Below, piece by piece: positions 48,804 to 59,074 of a DNA stretch of 64,000 nt. The position numbers were made by a program, and so were the translations under genes. Within the stretch, counting starts at the first letter, position 1. Each line of letters begins with the position of its first letter. This DNA comes from Collinsella sp. (GTDB taxonomy: Bacteria; Actinomycetota; Coriobacteriia; Coriobacteriales; Coriobacteriaceae). The notes under the pieces are model-generated. The model searched no databases. It saw nothing but the letters and a program-made list of their open reading frames with translations, and was not told the origin of the DNA. Location of the stretch: NCBI GenBank assembly GCA_048248475.1, contig DBFBEA010000094.1, positions 12,471 to 76,470 on the forward strand. Reading direction: 5' to 3'.

Positions 48804-50060
48804 CTACGAGGTCGGAGCGTTCCTAAATGTATAGTTACCCGGAGAGCGCACATTGATATACGTTACGCCCTCTACCTGCGAAAGCAGCTTGGTGACTACG
48901 CGCTCCTTCTTGACGATATCGTTCGAATCGCCCAGCGACACCTCAATGCCGTTATTGAGGTTTGCCGAGATGGCTTCGACCGAAGGCGTGGAAATATCCT
49001 TGACTTGTCCCAAGAACTCGCTCGAAAAACCACGCACATAATCCAAGCCAGCCTTAACGGCCTTGGAGCTCACCGCCTGGCCGGAAACCGGAGCGACATC
49101 CGCCGAGACATCAGTCAACAACACCGCGCCATAGTGCTTAGCGAGCGCCAGCGCGGCATCAATGCCGGTCAGGGTATTTGAGCCCTGCCCCGTCGTGATG
49201 ACGTTGCCCTGGTCATCCACTTCGACCGACGTCGACAGCGGGGCGATCCAGGTGTCATCATCCCCGATGGCCCAGGCAAGGTCATCGGAGCTGATATAGG
49301 CAATTGCGATGACCTTGCGCTCCATAGGCGTAATGATGAGCGTATGCGGGAACTGACGCTGGACATCCACGCCCGAGACCCACGGGTTCTGCTTGAGGTC
49401 CTCGGTAATCTGGTCGGGATCGACGTTAAAAAGCGACGTTCCCTCGGGCAAATCGATCAGCTGGATAGCATCGTGCTTCGTCACATGCTCGCTGCCTCGA
49501 ATCTGAATATCAGTGGCGGTAAACAATCCAGAGTTGATAACCACGATGGCAACGACGACGAGCACGGCCAAGACGGCCAGAACGCCGCCCACGATTTTGC
49601 CTTTGCCTGCAACGACTGAAGCGGCGTCTGATGTTTTATTTGCCATCGCCCCAAGTGAAGACAACGGGTTGACACCTTTTTTACTCGAAGGCTTCTTGGC
49701 GGTAGCCGGCACCGATGTCAGCGAGCGCGGTTTCGATGCGCCCAGCGTGCGACCCGGACGCGCCGCATTAGTTCCCGTCAAGGGCTTAGGAGTTGCCATG
49801 GGACGGGCAGGCTTGGCGCCCATAACAGGCTTTGACGTCACCGAGGGACGCGAGGACTTTTTTGCGGCCGGACGATTACCGAACTGCGAGCCGACGACCG
49901 GACGACTGGTCTGTCGAGCATGCCCGACAGACTTAGAGCGCGCGACAGTATTGCGTTGAGGTTTGGTAGGCGCGCCGGAACGCCCTCCGGCGCGGCGGAA
50001 GGTGGGTTTCGATGCTCTAGAAGCCGAGGAATTTAACTTCCGGTCTGAGCTCGATGCCAT
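48804..50060 (-). CDS. ftsQ: Cell division protein FtsQ/DivIB
   Basis: Basic cytoplasmic N-terminus, one TM segment and a POTRA domain (PWV..V.RQFP). Lies before ftsZ. Confidence 0.85.
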   Translation of the reverse strand: MASSSDRKLNSSASRASKPTFRRAGGRSGAPTKPQRNTVARSKSVGHARQTSRPVVGSQFGNRPAAKKSSRPSVTSKPVMGAKPARPMATPKPLTGTNAARPGRTLGASKPRSLTSVPATAKKPSSKKGVNPLSSLGAMANKTSDAASVVAGKGKIVGGVLAVLAVLVVVAIVVINSGLFTATDIQIRGSEHVTKHDAIQLIDLPEGTSLFNVDPDQITEDLKQNPWVSGVDVQRQFPHTLIITPMERKVIAIAYISSDDLAWAIGDDDTWIAPLSTSVEVDDQGNVITTGQGSNTLTGIDAALALAKHYGAVLLTDVSADVAPVSGQAVSSKAVKAGLDYVRGFSSEFLGQVKDISTPSVEAISANLNNGIEVSLGDSNDIVKKERVVTKLLSQVEGVTYINVRSPGNYTFRNAPTS

Positions 50061-50928
50061 ACGCCTCCCTCACCTTTCCGTGCACATGTCTGATAACCGC
50101 GGCAACGTCATCGGCCGAGGCAGTTCCGTTATTAACGATAAAATTAGCGTGAACGGGCGAAACTTCCGCGCCGCCAATCGAAAAACCCTTTAATCCACAA
50201 TCCTCGATAAGCTTGCCCACACTCGCATCGGGCGGGTTGCGAAAGACCGACCCGCAGGATGCGCGACCCATGGGCTGCGTACGCTTGCGCCTCGTCAGGT
50301 ACCGCTCCATGCGCTCGCGAATGTCGGCCTTGGGCGCCGGTTTAAGCTTGAGCACGCACTCGAGGATGATCTCATTGCGGGGAAGGCTACATTCGCGGTA
50401 GCCCCAAGTGATCTCGGACCCCGCATAATGTTTGATACCGGATGCCGGGTCAAACGTTACGACATCCTCAACCAGCGAGCCAATCCACTCGGTCCGCGTG
50501 CCGGCATTCATAGATATCGCACCGCCGACCGAGCCAGGGATGCCAACGGCAAACTCAAGGCCCGAGAGGCTACTCGACAGGGCATCGTTGACCAGGCGCG
50601 CAAACATCACGCCCGCACCGACCGTCAGCGTACAACCGTCATCGACAACAACCGTGCGCTGAAACTCGCGCCCGAGCGAAATGACAGCACCGCGATAACC
50701 GCCATCGGCAACCAGCAGATTGGAGCCCTTGCCGATGATGACCCACGGCACCCGCTCGCGATCGAGCACCGCCACGGCGCGGCGGAGGGCATGATAGCTA
50801 TGGCACGTCACAAAGAGGTCGGCCTTGCCGCCGATACGATAGCTCGTATGACGCGCAAGGCGCTCGTCCTCGATCACATCCGTGTCGATCATGCCCGAGA
50901 GCGCCATTACGGCGTTAAACAGACCCAT
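50017..50928 (-). CDS. murB: UDP-N-acetylenolpyruvoylglucosamine reductase
   Basis: Motifs GKGSNLL, GIPGSVGGA.MNAG, GSVFRNP and HANFIVN. Confidence 0.95.
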   Translation of the reverse strand: MGLFNAVMALSGMIDTDVIEDERLARHTSYRIGGKADLFVTCHSYHALRRAVAVLDRERVPWVIIGKGSNLLVADGGYRGAVISLGREFQRTVVVDDGCTLTVGAGVMFARLVNDALSSSLSGLEFAVGIPGSVGGAISMNAGTRTEWIGSLVEDVVTFDPASGIKHYAGSEITWGYRECSLPRNEIILECVLKLKPAPKADIRERMERYLTRRKRTQPMGRASCGSVFRNPPDASVGKLIEDCGLKGFSIGGAEVSPVHANFIVNNGTASADDVAAVIRHVHGKVREAYGIELRPEVKFLGF

Positions 50929-50933
50929 TAGAC

Positions 50934-52352
50934 TTAAGCGTCTTTCTTGGCAGTCAGATACTCAATGAACTCGGGGCCGACGGTCGTAACGTCACCGGCA
51001 CCCATGGTGAGCAGCAGGTCGCCCTCGCCCACCATCTGCTCGAGCTCCTGATTGAGCTCAAGACGGCTGGAGCAGTACACGACCTCCTTGCCAGGATGCT
51101 TGGCGCGCACGGTATCGGCGAGCATCTTAGAGGTGACACCCGGAATGGGCATCTCGCCAGCCGAGAACACATCAATCAGCAGCAGTTTATCGGCATTGGC
51201 AAATGCATCGGCAAAGTCGTCGCACAGGGCCTGCAGGCGCGAATAGCGGTGCGGCTGGAACACGACGTCGACGTGCTTGTAGCCCAGCGACGAAGCAGCA
51301 GCAAGCGTCGCCTTGATCTCGGTGGGGTGATGGCCGTAATCATCGACCACGGTGATACCATCGATATCGCCCACGTGGGTAAAGCGACGGCGGACGCCCT
51401 CAAAGCTCGAGAGCGCCTTGGCGGCGGCGTCGATGTCAAGGCCCAGGACATGGGCGACGGTGAGCACCGCCGTGGCGTTGAGCATGTTGTGGCGACCGGG
51501 ATTGCTCTTGATCTCCACGGCATGCTCAGTGCCGTCCTCAAAGCGAACGATAAAGTCACTCTGGATGCCCTTGACATCCGGGTGCATGCAGACGATGTCG
51601 TTGCTCTCGGCAAAGCCGTAGGAAAGCACGTGATGGCCCGTCGACTTGGCGAGCTCGACCAGATGCGGGTCCTCACCGCAGACGATGACGGTGCCGTCCT
51701 CGCCCACCAGGCTCATGAATTTGGCGAAAGTTGCCTCGATCTCCTCGATACCCGAGTAGTGATCGAGGTGATCGGCCTCGACGTTGGTCACGATGACCAC
51801 GTTGGGGTTCAGGAACAGGAAGGAGCTGTCGGACTCATCGGCCTCGGCGACAAAATAGTCGCCCGAGCCGTTCTTGCCGTTCGTGTCATAGCCCTCGACG
51901 ATGCCACCGATCAGGAAGCTCGGATCCAGACCCATGCGGTCGAGCATGGTGGCGCACATCGAAGACGTGGTGGTCTTGCCATGCGTGCCGGCAACAGCGA
52001 CGGTGGTGTAGCCGTGGCCCAAAGCAGAGAGCATCTTGGCACGGGGCCACACGGGAATGCCAAGCTCACGAGCGCGCACGAGTTCAGGGTTGGACTCCGG
52101 AATAGCGGTGGAGACAACAACCACGTCGGGCTTGACCTCGTCGATCGTGGCGGCCTCATGGCCCACATGCACCTTCACGCCAGCGCGGGTAAGCTGGCGG
52201 ATATAACGTGACGTCTTAAGGTCGGAGCCGGTAACGGCATAACCGCGCTCGTGCAGAACGAGGGCGATGCCGCTCATGCCGGCGCCGCCGATACCGATAA
52301 AGTGGGCGCTCTTAAACTCGGGCGCGGAGGTTGCAGTCTGGGAATCAGCCAT
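50934..52352 (-). CDS. murC: UDP-N-acetylmuramate--L-alanine ligase
   Basis: Motifs FIGIGGAGMS, GTHGKTTT, EADESD and DDYGHHPTE. Confidence 0.96.
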   Translation of the reverse strand: MADSQTATSAPEFKSAHFIGIGGAGMSGIALVLHERGYAVTGSDLKTSRYIRQLTRAGVKVHVGHEAATIDEVKPDVVVVSTAIPESNPELVRARELGIPVWPRAKMLSALGHGYTTVAVAGTHGKTTTSSMCATMLDRMGLDPSFLIGGIVEGYDTNGKNGSGDYFVAEADESDSSFLFLNPNVVIVTNVEADHLDHYSGIEEIEATFAKFMSLVGEDGTVIVCGEDPHLVELAKSTGHHVLSYGFAESNDIVCMHPDVKGIQSDFIVRFEDGTEHAVEIKSNPGRHNMLNATAVLTVAHVLGLDIDAAAKALSSFEGVRRRFTHVGDIDGITVVDDYGHHPTEIKATLAAASSLGYKHVDVVFQPHRYSRLQALCDDFADAFANADKLLLIDVFSAGEMPIPGVTSKMLADTVRAKHPGKEVVYCSSRLELNQELEQMVGEGDLLLTMGAGDVTTVGPEFIEYLTAKKDA

Positions 52353-52449
52353 GTGCTCGTGTACTCCTTGCGTAAACACTGCCTGTAACCCGTTAACTGT
52401 ACCGCACCTACCGCATCAGCGCGAGGGCGACCGACGATATCCCGTCTAA

Positions 52450-53565
52450 CTAACGCAAACCCTCTACCGCATCCGCCAGAAGAGCGGCGGCCCTATCCTG
52501 AGCCAGACCACGCGCCGCCTGACGCATGGCGTCGCGTGCCGCCGCGTCATCGACCAGGTGCAGCAGCTCATCGGCAAAGGCAGAACCGTCGATATCGGCA
52601 TCGGCGCAGAGCACGCCGGCCCCGGCGTCGACCAGATAACGGGCATTGGTGGTTTGGTGGTCGGCTGTCGCATGCGGGTACGGCACGAGCACCGAAGGCA
52701 CGGCGAGCGCAGCGATCTCGGCCACGCTCGATGCGCCCGAACGCGAGAGCACCAAATCGGCAGCAGCCAGCATATCGCCCATGTTGTCGATGTATGGCTG
52801 GACGCGGTAACGCTTCGCCTCCTCGGGCGTCAGCGCCAAAGCGCGCTCGGTCTCCTCAAAGCCGTCGGCACCAGTCGAATGCAACACATAGAGGTTCTTG
52901 CGCGAAAGCAGCTCGTTTTTGAGCGAAACCACGCGCTCGTTGAGGTGCTGGGCGCCAAGTGAACCGCCAAAGACGAGCAGCAGCGTAGCGTCCTCGGGAA
53001 CGCCAAGTGCCTTGCGGCCGCGAGCGCGATCGCCCTCGATCACCGAGCGACGTACGGGGTTGCCGGTCATGAGCACGTGGTCAGGGTCACCTTCGCGCTC
53101 AAAGACCGAGCGCGCTGCCGGCACCGAGATGCACACGCGGGCGGCGTGGGAGTTCATCATCTTGTTGGCCAGGCCCGGAACAGAGTTCTGCTCATGCAGC
53201 AAATACGGAACGCCTGCGCCCTTGCACCACCCCAGCAGCGGAACCTCGACATAGGCACCAAAACCGATGGCAGCGTCGGGCTTGCCGACCTTTGAGAAAT
53301 GACTGGCGAGCGCACGCTTGGCCTTGTTGACACGCCACAGCGAGGTCAGCGCCGTCCAAGGACGGGAGCGATCGAAGCCCGTAACCGTAATGGGCACAAA
53401 ATCAAACCCAGCCTCGGGGACCAGACGACCCTCGAGCTTGCGCGACTGGCCCACGAACACAACGTGGTGGCCACGATCACGCAGCTCTTCGGCCAAGGCG
53501 AGCGCGGGGTTGATGTGTCCTGCCGTGCCGCCGGCTGCAATAGCAACGGTCATCTTATCGGTCAT
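52450..53565 (-). CDS. murG: Lipid II GlcNAc transferase
   Basis: Motifs GGTAGHINP, HEQN, GNPVR and GGSLGA. Confidence 0.96.
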   Translation of the reverse strand: MTDKMTVAIAAGGTAGHINPALALAEELRDRGHHVVFVGQSRKLEGRLVPEAGFDFVPITVTGFDRSRPWTALTSLWRVNKAKRALASHFSKVGKPDAAIGFGAYVEVPLLGWCKGAGVPYLLHEQNSVPGLANKMMNSHAARVCISVPAARSVFEREGDPDHVLMTGNPVRRSVIEGDRARGRKALGVPEDATLLLVFGGSLGAQHLNERVVSLKNELLSRKNLYVLHSTGADGFEETERALALTPEEAKRYRVQPYIDNMGDMLAAADLVLSRSGASSVAEIAALAVPSVLVPYPHATADHQTTNARYLVDAGAGVLCADADIDGSAFADELLHLVDDAAARDAMRQAARGLAQDRAAALLADAVEGLR

Positions 53566-55075
53566 GGTAGTCCCTTCGTACACGCGGTCCCTGGTCGTCG
53601 GTGCGCAGACGCGCCGACGGGTCCGAGTTCAAATCGATTCGATTATATCCGCCGCCCGCGTTGCGAGGGCTGGGGCGCTGAGGACGACCTTGCGGCGCCG
53701 TTCGCTGACGCGGGCGGGCTGCCGGCTCGGTCGCAGAGCCATCTAGGACGGTAAAACCGTTACGCGAAGATCGCTCGCCGCGCACATGGGGCACGCCGGC
53801 GGTACTCTCATCCATAACGGCAAAGCTCTCGCGGCGACGGTCGTACTCATCGCGACGAGCGCTCTCGTACGAAACGCGCAGGATCAACCCGGCAAGCATA
53901 AGCGACACAATAATCGACGAACCGCCGTAGCTAATAAACGGCAACGGCTTGCCCGTCATGGGAAACACGTTGAGGATGCCCAACGCGTTAATCAAAAACT
54001 GCACCGCGAGAATGACCGCGGAGCCAGACGCCATAAGCGCGCCCCGACGATCGGTCGCCTGCTCGGCAATGCGAAACGCCGAATAGATCAGCATCGCAAA
54101 CACCAAGAAGAACAGCACGGTTCCGACAAAACCGACTTCCTCGCCAATGATGGCCAAGATGTAGTCGTTGTGTGCCTCGGGCAGATACGAGTACTTCATG
54201 GTTGAGTTGCCGATGCCACGGCCGAACAGACCGCCCGAGGCAAAGGCCATGATGGCAAGCGTGGCCTGATAGCCGTCACCATACTCGTCGGCCCAAGGGT
54301 TCAAGGCAACCTGAATACGCACCATACGGTACGGCTCTGCGACAAGCGCAATCACGATCACGAGAATGCCGAAGATTAGCACGCCGATGATAAATCTGGG
54401 GTCGAGACCCGCAAACAACGCCATGCACATGAGGGTCAACAGGATGATCAGGACAGTACCGAAATCGGGCTGGATAAAGATCAGAAAGAGCGAAATGCCA
54501 AGGTAGATGCCCATCTTGCGAAGGAATTCGTTGATGTTGCCACCGGGCGAAAAGAAGCGATCAAGCATGATGGCCGAATACGCAATGGCAAATGGCTTTA
54601 AAAACTCGGAAGGCTGGAACTGAATGCCGGCGATGTTGAGCCAGCGCGTGGCGCCACGGCTGCCGCTGCCCACCAAGAACACCAGAAGCAGTAGCCCTAT
54701 CATGCCTATGAGGAAGATCCTGAGCACATCCTCCCCAAACCAGCTGTCCGGCAAAACGCGCACGATGGCAATCAGCGCCAGAACACCGACCACTGCAAAC
54801 GCGGCCTGTCGGCCCAGAAAAAACGTCGCCGAGCCATTCTCGTGCAGCGCCTCGACCGAAGACGCCGAGTACACCATCAGCAGGCCAAAGCATACCAAGG
54901 TAAACAAGCAGGCCATGAATATCAAACGGGGGCGCATGATACGGGCGGGAACGCCGGCAATATAGCGTTCGCTAAACGACTGCCCGCCGCGGCTGGAACG
55001 CGGTGTGATGCGCCGTGAGGAAGCACGGTCCGAGTCGGGCCTCCTCATACCTTGTCGGGGGCTCTCCTCTCTCAC
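53555..55075 (-). CDS. ftsW: SEDS family protein FtsW
   Basis: Motifs QPSEF, QPDFG, LPEAHND and PFISYGGSS. Confidence 0.93.
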   Translation of the reverse strand: MREESPRQGMRRPDSDRASSRRITPRSSRGGQSFSERYIAGVPARIMRPRLIFMACLFTLVCFGLLMVYSASSVEALHENGSATFFLGRQAAFAVVGVLALIAIVRVLPDSWFGEDVLRIFLIGMIGLLLLVFLVGSGSRGATRWLNIAGIQFQPSEFLKPFAIAYSAIMLDRFFSPGGNINEFLRKMGIYLGISLFLIFIQPDFGTVLIILLTLMCMALFAGLDPRFIIGVLIFGILVIVIALVAEPYRMVRIQVALNPWADEYGDGYQATLAIMAFASGGLFGRGIGNSTMKYSYLPEAHNDYILAIIGEEVGFVGTVLFFLVFAMLIYSAFRIAEQATDRRGALMASGSAVILAVQFLINALGILNVFPMTGKPLPFISYGGSSIIVSLMLAGLILRVSYESARRDEYDRRRESFAVMDESTAGVPHVRGERSSRNGFTVLDGSATEPAARPRQRTAPQGRPQRPSPRNAGGGYNRIDLNSDPSARLRTDDQGPRVRRDYHDR

Positions 55076-55083
55076 CGCAACCC

Positions 55084-56490
55084 CTATTCCATTTGTGATT
55101 TCGCTGTAGCGGCAAGCTGAGCCACGTAGTCCTTAAACACGCGGCCGCGCTCCTCATAGCCCGAGAACTCATCGAACGAAGAGCAGGCAGGAGAAAGTAA
55201 GATCACGTCACCACGGCTCGAAAGCGAACGGGCAACGTCCACGGCGTCGCGCAGGTCATCCGCCTGGGCGATATCCACATCGCCATCGACATCAGCCTCG
55301 TCCATAGCGGCGGTGAAGCGCTCGCGCGCATCGCCAAAACAGACGACCGAGCGCACGTTGTCCATAACGACGCGCGCGAAGTCCGTGAGCGGCGTGCCCT
55401 TATCGTGGCCGCCGAGCAGCAAGATCACGTCGGCGTCGGGAAATGCCGTCAGTGCCTTCTCGACCGCATCGGTGTTGGTCGCCTTGGAATCGTTGACGTA
55501 GCGCACGCCGTCAATCTCGCCACACGGCTCCACGCGGTGCTCGAGCGGCTGGAACGAGGCAAGACCGCGGCAGACACCGTCGACATCGGCACCGACTGCC
55601 AAGGCAGCCGTAGCAGCGCACAGGGCATTGATAACATTGTGATGGCCCGAGATCTTGAGCTCGGATGTAGCGATGAGCGGGGTCTCGACGCCCTTCAGAC
55701 GCACGATCATCTTGCCATCGCGCACAAAGGCGGCATCCTCGCCCTCAGGCTCGTCAAAGGCAACCTTGCAGATGCGACGACCCGGCGTGTAGATGTACTC
55801 ATCGAACTCGTGAATGCCGGCGTCTTCGACGTCGACAACTGCCAGATCGTCATCGACCATATTGTCAAACAGTTTGATCTTGGCAAGCGCATAGTTCTTA
55901 TGGCTCTTATGCCAGCCCAAGTGGTCGGGAGTGATGTTGAGCAGCACCGCCACGCGGGGGTGAAGCTCGGTTGTCGTAGCAATCTGATAGCTCGAGAGCT
56001 CAGCCACAAACCACTCGTTGTGGGCTCGGCCGTCAATCTCGTTGACCGGCGGCTCGCCGATGTTGCCGACAGCAACGCTGGCCTCGCCGGCAGCCTTAAG
56101 CAGATAATCAGCCAGCGACGTGGTGGTCGTCTTGCCGTTGGTGCCCGTGATGGCAATCCAGTTATCGGGCGACAGGCGATAGGCAAACTCGGGCTCACCC
56201 ATAATCTGGGCGGCATGCTCGCGCCCGGCCTTAAAGAAGCCCGAGAACTCCGAGATGCCCGGGCACGTCACGCATACGTCATAGGCGCCCTCGACCTGTT
56301 CGGTCCCATAGACAAACGACGCACCAGCAGCCTCGAGCGCACGCGTGGCGTCATTGGGCTCAGAGGTGCCGCCGCCATACACGGTAACGGCGCTTACGCG
56401 CTCGGGATGTGCCAGCGCCCAGCGGGCGACATCGAGACCGGATTTGCCCTGACCCAAAACGAGCAGGCTAAAGACATCAGCAAGAGGCAT
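55084..56490 (-). CDS. murD: UDP-MurNAc-L-Ala--D-Glu ligase
   Basis: Motifs ITGTNGKTTT, ELSSYQ, NDSKATN and LSPACSSFD. Confidence 0.96.
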   Translation of the reverse strand: MPLADVFSLLVLGQGKSGLDVARWALAHPERVSAVTVYGGGTSEPNDATRALEAAGASFVYGTEQVEGAYDVCVTCPGISEFSGFFKAGREHAAQIMGEPEFAYRLSPDNWIAITGTNGKTTTTSLADYLLKAAGEASVAVGNIGEPPVNEIDGRAHNEWFVAELSSYQIATTTELHPRVAVLLNITPDHLGWHKSHKNYALAKIKLFDNMVDDDLAVVDVEDAGIHEFDEYIYTPGRRICKVAFDEPEGEDAAFVRDGKMIVRLKGVETPLIATSELKISGHHNVINALCAATAALAVGADVDGVCRGLASFQPLEHRVEPCGEIDGVRYVNDSKATNTDAVEKALTAFPDADVILLLGGHDKGTPLTDFARVVMDNVRSVVCFGDARERFTAAMDEADVDGDVDIAQADDLRDAVDVARSLSSRGDVILLSPACSSFDEFSGYEERGRVFKDYVAQLAATAKSQME

Positions 56491-56499
56491 GAAAGACCA

Positions 56500-57519
56500 C
56501 TATCCCAACTGGAAGAACAGGGCAAGGCCAACGGCACCAAAGGCCGCAGCGATAATCCAAAAACGGATGACGACCTTGGTCTCGGCCCAGCCCTTCTTTT
56601 CGAAATGATGATGGATGGGCGCCATAAGGAAGACGCGCTTGTGCGTAAAGTGGAAGTAGACAACCTGAATCATGACCGACAGGGTCTCAACGATAAACAG
56701 GCCGCCGATGATGAGGGAGACGACCTCGGTGTTGGTCATGATGGACGTGCAGGCAAACGCGGCGCCCAGGGCAAGCGAGCCGGTATCGCCCATAAAGATG
56801 CTCGCCGGATAGCAGTTGAACCACAGAAAGCCCAAGCAGGCACCGGCACACGCGGTACAGAAGATGGACAGGTTCACGTCTCCGTGCAAAAACGCCATGG
56901 CGGCCATGGCAAGCATGGCAATCATGGAGGTGCCGCCAGCAAGACCGTCAAGGCCATCGGTCAGGTTCACGGCATTGGAAAGACCGGCAATCATCAGCCA
57001 GCAAAAGACAATGTAGAGCCACGGGAACGAAAGGCCGCAGATGGTGGTCGAAAGAACACCGAGGTCAATCGTCAGGCCGCCGGGAAAACGAATCTCGGGG
57101 GCGACGCCGCACCAGTTGACGGCGAGCACCGTAAAGGTGACACAGATAATGGTTAGGCCGATCATCTTGGCATGGGGCGTCAGACCGAGCGAGCGCCCAT
57201 GCGTAACGGAGGTCAGGTCGTCGATCAGGCCCAGCACGCCGGTCGCCAGCGTGGCGAGCAGCACGAGCACGAGCTCGGTGGTGAGCTTGCCCATCAGCAG
57301 ACAGGTCAGCGAGATCGCGACGAGGATGACAACGCCACCCATGGTGGGCGTTCCCTGCTTAACCAAATGACGCTTGGGGCCGTCGGCACGAACCTGCTGG
57401 CCGATACCCTCGACCTTGAGTAGCTTGATCCACCACGGCATGAGCAGCAGCGCAATGGCAGCAGCGATGCCAAGCCCCAAAAAAGCCTGATACGTGGGAT
57501 ACGAGGGATTGCCGAACAT
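56500..57519 (-). CDS. mraY: Phospho-N-acetylmuramoyl-pentapeptide transferase
   Basis: Motifs GTPTMGG, NAVNLTDGLDGL, FMGDTGSL and MAPIHHHFE. Confidence 0.96.
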   Translation of the reverse strand: MFGNPSYPTYQAFLGLGIAAAIALLLMPWWIKLLKVEGIGQQVRADGPKRHLVKQGTPTMGGVVILVAISLTCLLMGKLTTELVLVLLATLATGVLGLIDDLTSVTHGRSLGLTPHAKMIGLTIICVTFTVLAVNWCGVAPEIRFPGGLTIDLGVLSTTICGLSFPWLYIVFCWLMIAGLSNAVNLTDGLDGLAGGTSMIAMLAMAAMAFLHGDVNLSIFCTACAGACLGFLWFNCYPASIFMGDTGSLALGAAFACTSIMTNTEVVSLIIGGLFIVETLSVMIQVVYFHFTHKRVFLMAPIHHHFEKKGWAETKVVIRFWIIAAAFGAVGLALFFQLG

Positions 57520-57522
57520 GGG

Positions 57523-58947
57523 CTAGCACACACCTTCCACAAAGCGGTCGAGCTCAACAAAACGGGAACCCTTGACCAGTACAACATCATGTTTTTCAAG
57601 TGCGCCGCCCATACGGTCAAGCACCTGTTGATAATCGGAAAACACCTGGATGCGGTCCTCATCCATACCCATCATGCGCGCGGCATCGGCCATAAGCTGG
57701 GCCAGCTCACCACCCACGCACGCCAGCATGTCGAGCTTCTTGGCGGCGGCATAGGCGCCCACGAGCTCATGCATGCGAGGAGCCTCATCGCCCATCTCGC
57801 CCATCTCGCCCAGGATCGCCATACGAGACCCCGTGCACGAAAGCGAGCACAGCAGGTCGAGACCGGCTGCCATGGATTCGGCACTGGCGTTATAGGAATC
57901 GTCGATGACGCGGGCACCGCTCTTGGCGCGCTTGATCTCCTGGCGGTGACCGGTGATCGTGAGGCCCCTAAAGGCAGCATCGATCTGCTCGGGCGTCAGG
58001 CTCAGGCGATAGGCAACCGCGGCGGCCTTAACGGCATTTGGGACGGACTGCACGCCGGGGATGGCAAGCATGGTATCGATCGTCTCGCCCTGGCCAAAAT
58101 CGAGCGTAAAGACCGGACGGCCCTCGTCATCAACACGAATGTCGCGGGCACGGACCTCATCGTCGTCCGAGACGCCGGCCAGCATCACGTCGATACCAGC
58201 AGGCTGGGCGAACGTATCGCGAATGAACGGCGTAAAGTCGTCCTCGCCGCCCAAAACCAGCAGCGGCAAGAAGTCGCCGGCGGCGCACATGCCCTGGACA
58301 ATCTCGGCCTTAGCGCGGGCGATGTTCTCGCGGCTGCCCAAAATGCCGATGTGAGAGGTACCAATCTTGCTCACGATGGCAAGGTTGGGATTGGCGGACT
58401 GGGACAGGCGCTCAATCTCGTGGAAATGGTTCATGCCCATCTCGAGCACCAGGACCTCGGTATCGGCCGGAGCGGAAAGCACCGTGAGCGGCATGCCGAT
58501 CAGGTTATTGAAATTGCCCTTGGTGGCCCAGACACGATAGCGCTTGGCGAGCACGGCGGCGAGCACGTCCTTGGTCGTCGTCTTGCCGATGGAACCGGTA
58601 ATGCCAACGACCAGGCAGCCAAGCTCCAGGCGATACGTGTGCGCCAAACGCAGCAGAAACTCCTCGGGATCATCGGTCAGCAGGATGGCGCACCCCTTGT
58701 CCTGCGCCAGCGAGACCAGCTCGGCCTCGGGCTCACGCGTCATCACGACGGCGCCGGCACCCGACTGGACGGCACGGGAAGCAAAATCATTGCCGTCGAC
58801 GTTTTCACCGGGAAAGGCGACGAAAATCGTCCCTTCCTCGACCTGGCGCGAGTCGATAACGCACCCGCGGCATACCCGATCGGCTTCTCCCGTCACGGTT
58901 CGGGCCCCTGTTGCGGCCGCGAGGTTGTTGACGGCGATCTCTATCAT
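57523..58947 (-). CDS. murF: UDP-MurNAc-tripeptide--D-Ala-D-Ala ligase
   Basis: Motifs ITGSIGKTTTK, NNLIGMP, LEMGM, DDSYNA and LVKGSR. Confidence 0.95.
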   Translation of the reverse strand: MIEIAVNNLAAATGARTVTGEADRVCRGCVIDSRQVEEGTIFVAFPGENVDGNDFASRAVQSGAGAVVMTREPEAELVSLAQDKGCAILLTDDPEEFLLRLAHTYRLELGCLVVGITGSIGKTTTKDVLAAVLAKRYRVWATKGNFNNLIGMPLTVLSAPADTEVLVLEMGMNHFHEIERLSQSANPNLAIVSKIGTSHIGILGSRENIARAKAEIVQGMCAAGDFLPLLVLGGEDDFTPFIRDTFAQPAGIDVMLAGVSDDDEVRARDIRVDDEGRPVFTLDFGQGETIDTMLAIPGVQSVPNAVKAAAVAYRLSLTPEQIDAAFRGLTITGHRQEIKRAKSGARVIDDSYNASAESMAAGLDLLCSLSCTGSRMAILGEMGEMGDEAPRMHELVGAYAAAKKLDMLACVGGELAQLMADAARMMGMDEDRIQVFSDYQQVLDRMGGALEKHDVVLVKGSRFVELDRFVEGVC

Positions 58948-59074
58948 TGCAGCTCCCCTGTAAACCTAATAATGCTATCGGCGTATTGTATCCCAGCGCC
59001 GCACATGCGTGGTGCAGGGCATGTGAACACCCTCATATGGGACAACAAACCACGCCCCAAAGATTGTAACCCCC